This document shows positions 59,527 to 64,000 of a stretch of DNA of 64,000 bases, one piece after another. Position 1 is the first letter of the stretch; the number at the start of each line of letters is the position of its first letter. Source of the DNA: Psammoneis japonica (lineage: Eukaryota); the NCBI GenBank assembly GCA_008632985.1, contig QPGO01000261.1, positions 1 through 64,000 of the forward strand, read 5' to 3'. The notes beneath the pieces were generated by a model. The model ran no database searches and had not been told where the DNA came from. It was given only the letters and a program-made list of their open reading frames with translations. The translations under genes were made by a program, and so were the position numbers.

Positions 59527-62500
59527 CTAGATGCCGCTAGACCCAATATTTTGAGCATTAGCATATGCTTCCAAACTTTTGGGAATGGGAGGAGTTGTTT
59601 CGTCCACGCGATGCTCCTCAACGTATCGGACCAGCTCATCTTTCAATGACAATTCATCCCATTCTGGCTTGTCTCGATCACACTTGAGACGTTCAATGAG
59701 GTCTGGCCACAATCTTCCGACTAGATACCTTGCTGGATCATCTATCCGAGCCTCGAGGTAGATCATCCTCTTTAGAGATGTAGCAAACTTGTCGTCTTTG
59801 TCCAGCTTCCAAAGATACGGGAAAACCTTCAAGAAACTCCGCTCCCGTCGCATCATGAAGGTATTGAGCTCCATGACACAGTAGCGACTCTCTCGAAAGT
59901 TGGGTGACAGTATAATCACGGCATGGGTACACGTATGCGCAGCTTCGAGTAGAGAACGCATCTGGTCTTCCCCAGTTTTCAAGCTTCCATCATCCATGAA
60001 GGTCTTGACGCCCAATCTTCTGGCGAGAAACCAATGCGTAGGACGTGCAATAGTCTCTTTGGTATCGATACCTCTATGCGACAAAAACACATACGGATCG
60101 CCACCAAGGTTGACCTGCCAAACACTGCTAGGATCCGGAATACCTGCCATGGACAACTCTCCCACATCTGTCTCGATACCATCCAACCGTGCTTGCGTGT
60201 ACAAGCTGGAAACGTTGCGTCCACCGGCTGTAATCTGGGGGGCAACCGTACGAGCTGTGTAGCCCGTTCCGTCGAGAGGAGATTGTAAACTGGAATTAGA
60301 TTCATGTTTGGCTTCGTTCGGCTTGGCATCCTCAGGTATATCTTTTGCCATATAAAGGTGATTGAGGCGTTCCATCATTTTGTCAAGCATCTCATCCTTC
60401 CGAGCTTTCTTGCTCTCGTGGAAAGTTCCATCTCCAGTATGGAACACCCTTCCGACTTGAACAACTTCTTTGCATATATCACACACGAGAGAATCTGTTG
60501 TCCTCTCCTCAGCTACTTCAGACCAGTCGAACTCGTGGCACTCGTCGACGGCTCTCCCGAGCTTAATGCAGCGTGCACAAGCGAGTACACAGTCGAAATC
60601 CAAACCTGGAAAATGATCGTTTCGTTCCGCGATAACAAATTCGACGGCACCTTGTAACAACCTCCACATGTCCCGGTCAACGCGAGCACCACGAGCTGTG
60701 AATACTAACCATGCCTCTCCTTCCATCTCAACAATCTCCGACCGCAAGCGACGGTTGGTGTTCTCGTCGAGGACAATCGCACCATAAAGCCATGCACAGA
60801 TACATTTCCCATGCGCATGAGTCGCGGCGGCAAAATGTGCAGCGAGACTTGGAGGACAGCCTTCCCACATCTTCAGGCGTAGCTCTTGTTGCTGTTCATC
60901 ATCAGATAATATTGGCCACGCCTTTTGCAACTCTTCGGGTTGTACTTCTTTTCGTTGTCGAAAGAGAACCACGGGCTTGAGGCCACCCAAACTCTCATCA
61001 AGCGAAGATCCAAAAATAACGTCCGCATCCAGAAGCATCTGGAGGATCATTGGGAAATCTTGGTAATCATTTACCAGGTCATGCCACAAGAAGGGAAGAA
61101 TCGCGGGGTCTAACTCTCCCTTCTTTGTCAGCTTTTTGAGTCCGTCAATAATTGGATTCCGCAGTCCAGTAGGCCGAGCCACGATGCCTTTTAGAAACAT
61201 TCCGACAGTCCTTTTGAAAGCCTGCGCATTTATTCTTTCGAGCGTTAACGTGTGGTCTATGAGAGGTTTGATCAAGTCGGTTACAAAAGACGGTTGCAAA
61301 TACGCCAGCCCAGCATCAACAAAAATACTGCCACGGGCTTCAAGAAGTCCTAGTGCATCGCCAAACGTTGTGTCGTCAGCCAAGGGGGCGTGCAAGAAGC
61401 GGAATTTATTCCACAATGACTTGAGCCTCGCAACTGAAGAGTAAGGTCCTTTGGCTGATACATCCGCTTCGCCGCCGTCTGTAGTCGTCTTTATGTTCCC
61501 AATCTCGCCCAATGGAATGGCATCATCCGAACTTGCTACAGAGAAAATCGTTTCTTCATTGGCATCTGTGCCGCATTGAAGAACAGCGCCAAAGAATTTC
61601 CACAGCTCTTGCCATGACTTTGGGATTAGCGTACCGACACTTGACAACCTCGGCTCCGCATGATCCTGCGTGTGCCTAAAGATGGTATTGCTCACCTGTG
61701 CCTGCGAGCGTGCAATGGCGCTGCGGCTCGTTACGGATACTTCCAGGACATTGGGTAGGATCCGGAGCAGCGGCGGCTTCTTTCTTTCCGTCGAGTCCTC
61801 TGGAATGACACGATCATAAAGAGCACTTTCCTCTCCATCTCGACTGGCGGCGGCATCACGCCATTTTTGAAGCTGCCCTTGGACTTTTCTGAGCCATGCA
61901 CTCTTTCCTCGAGCCATTGCTTTTGTTCAGCCTCGTCCAACTCGTCCGGCACAAGATCAACCTTGGATAAGACAAGTTGCACCACGGCACCCGGTGCCCT
62001 TGCCTGTAGTAAAACCAGAAAGCGCTGCACTGACTCTTCATAGAAATCGTCGTGTGCCTTGTCCGCCGCCACGACCAGTAAAAAGAGCGACGACGCGTCA
62101 TGAATGGTGCCTGCCCGACAGCATAGTCTTGCTGACCGCCGCAGTCATAGACCATTAACGTAATTGGATCATCGCTGTATCCTTCGGGTGCATCTATCTG
62201 CACAGGTTCCACATTGAGATAGATGGTCCGTTCCTCCTCACCCTCTGTGCGCGCCGGGAAACGGCCCGCAATGGCATTCCGCAGGCTCGTCTTTCCTGCT
62301 TCCCCGTCCCCCACGAGCACCGTCTTGAGCTGTCTGGATGTGGTTGCCTCCCCTTTGTCCACGGCTTCAAAGTAACGAGCAATCGCCCGAGGCCCGTTGG
62401 CAACCTCGGGCGGGGGTTCCAACAGTGGATTACCATCCACATTAAAATATTTGCACGTTCCCTCAAGTTTCACAAAGGAGCGTGGAAGTCTTGTAATGTC

Positions 62501-63063
62501 ATTGTGCTCAATGTCCAGCTTTGGAGATTGACGCCAATGTTGGTTCTTCTAGGCTTTTCCAATGGCCGGCACCCTTGTCTCCAATGGAATTTGTAGAGAT
62601 AAAGCACGTCAATGTTTATTCGTTCTAGAGCTTTTCCAAAAGCCACGGCACCCTCGTCTCCAATGGAATTGCTGTCGAGATTAAGCTCCGTCAATGTTTT
62701 ATTCGTTTCTAGCGCATTGCCAATGGCCGTGGCACCCTTGTCTCCAATGGAAGTCCAGCCGAGATAAAGCCCCTTCAATGTTTTATTCTTTTCCAATGCT
62801 TTTCCAATGGCCGCGGCACCCTCGTCTCCAATGGAATTGCTGTTGAGATAAAGCCTCGTCAATGTTGCATTTGTTTCTAGTGCTTTTCCAATGGCCGTGC
62901 GCCCCTCGTCTCCAATTGAATTCCAGCCGAGACCAAGCTCCGTCAATGTTGGATCATTCTCTTGGAAGCGACGAATTTTCTCTTGCTCATTTTGTGGCAA
63001 AGCGACGACCCAATCCGCTGTCACGTCAATGCTGCTGCTGGAACTTGCCGAAGACTGTTCCAT
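59527..63063 (-). CDS. LRR-ROC-COR-TIR ROCO-family receptor-like protein, copy 3 (several small indels, possibly consensus errors)
   Basis: About five LRRs, ROC (61856-62473) and COR-TIR (59527-61917). Indels cluster at ~62470-62620, ~62095 and ~61890. Confidence 0.88.
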
Positions 63064-63658
63064 GATTTTGAAAACGAGACTTGTTTCCAAGCACTCCTGC
63101 AGCGCCAGTATCTTTTTCGTTTCACTCGAATATTTTGCGCAAGGATGAGTCGTCGTCCGTCACATTCGTTGGCTGCGTTGCCTCTCTGCGATGAAACTGC
63201 TCGAATGGAACGGAGCAAATGTGTTGGTGTATCTGACGAGAAGAGACAGTATAGTATCAAGGATGGGAATGTTATATTGTAAATGGATAATGGCTCTTGC
63301 ACAAGGGTAATGGCGATGCGGTCATGCCACACAAGATCCAAAGATGCCAAATGCCGGAGGAGAAAACGGAAGAAGAACATAAATCCTCATCATTCTCGTG
63401 CGTCAGTGGCGTTTTGCGAACGGATTGATTCTGATTCCTTTTTACAGTTAACTTAGTACAAGAGACTACGTTGAAAACTGAAGAAAAAGGAATCTTGGGC
63501 GAGTGTATCTTTTGATAGATCGTCACCCAATCAAAAAAGAACACCGCCGCACTCGTCCATTCATCACAGCCATCCCCATGCATCAAAGGAAACCCAGTTG
63601 CATCACTGCTGTTGCTCTGCTCTAGCACACATCACACACTCGAAAACAAACAAACAAA

Positions 63659-64000
63659 ATGGGAAAAAAGACAGCTGATGCGAGTCTCAAGGGCAAAAAG
63701 CCCATTCATCGAGGCACTTCAAAGACTGCCATTACGTCCAATCCGGGTCGGATCGGGAACAAGCTGAAACGTTCGGAAATGTACGGAAAGTATCTCATGG
63801 AAAAGAAGCGTCAAAAGAACATGGCTCGTCGCCAACGCGCCAAGGAAGCCGAGGCACTCGGAGAAGAAGCTCCGGAAAAACCCACGCCGCGAACTCTTGA
63901 GAACACGCGAGAGTTGGAACCGACGTTGGTCAAACCACACGATGAAGAAGTTGCTGCCGACCAAGCCGAAAGATGAGTTTGCACCCTACTTTAACGATCA
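63659..64000 (+). CDS. RPF1: RPF1 copy 3 (partial at the window end; 1-bp insertion at ~63970)
   Basis: Near-identical to 2203 onward, with mostly synonymous differences and Tyr codons retained. Confidence 0.9.

Noticed and set aside
61850..62640. Programmed frameshifting or true pseudogenisation of ROCO copy 3 (also the C8 run at ~795 and RPF1 at ~63970)
   Set aside because: Clustered 1-2-bp indels, often in homopolymers and without nonsense substitutions, look like consensus errors. This cannot be decided without reads.

Overview
Eukaryotic, repeat-rich window, most likely from a diatom or other stramenopile (inferred from the gene and TE families). The backbone is three dispersed copies of one unit: an intronless LRR-ROC-COR-TIR immune-receptor-like gene (minus strand) head-to-head with an RPF1/Brix ribosome-biogenesis gene (plus strand), at about 1-3.2 kb, 17.3-22.8 kb and 59.5-64 kb. 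Between them lie nested transposons: two non-LTR retrotransposons with RNase H, a Harbinger-like MITE, a pogo-like transposase relic, a Ty3/gypsy LTR element, a ~14-kb Helitron inserted in the gypsy 3' LTR, and a small TTAA-flanked element. Two things stand out. (1) The TE domains, and host genes caught in them, show near-saturating A-to-G change at 5'-TAY-3' on both strands (TA becomes TG or CA; Tyr becomes Cys or His; YTAR survives), on top of ordinary CpG decay, with sharp domain borders. This resembles a RIP-like defence or mutational process that runs opposite to fungal RIP. (2) The Helitron carries a cluster of candidate chromatin modifiers: a DOT1-like methyltransferase, a TET/JBP-like dioxygenase and a SET-domain protein. 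All calls come from reading the sequence by eye; no database searches were run.
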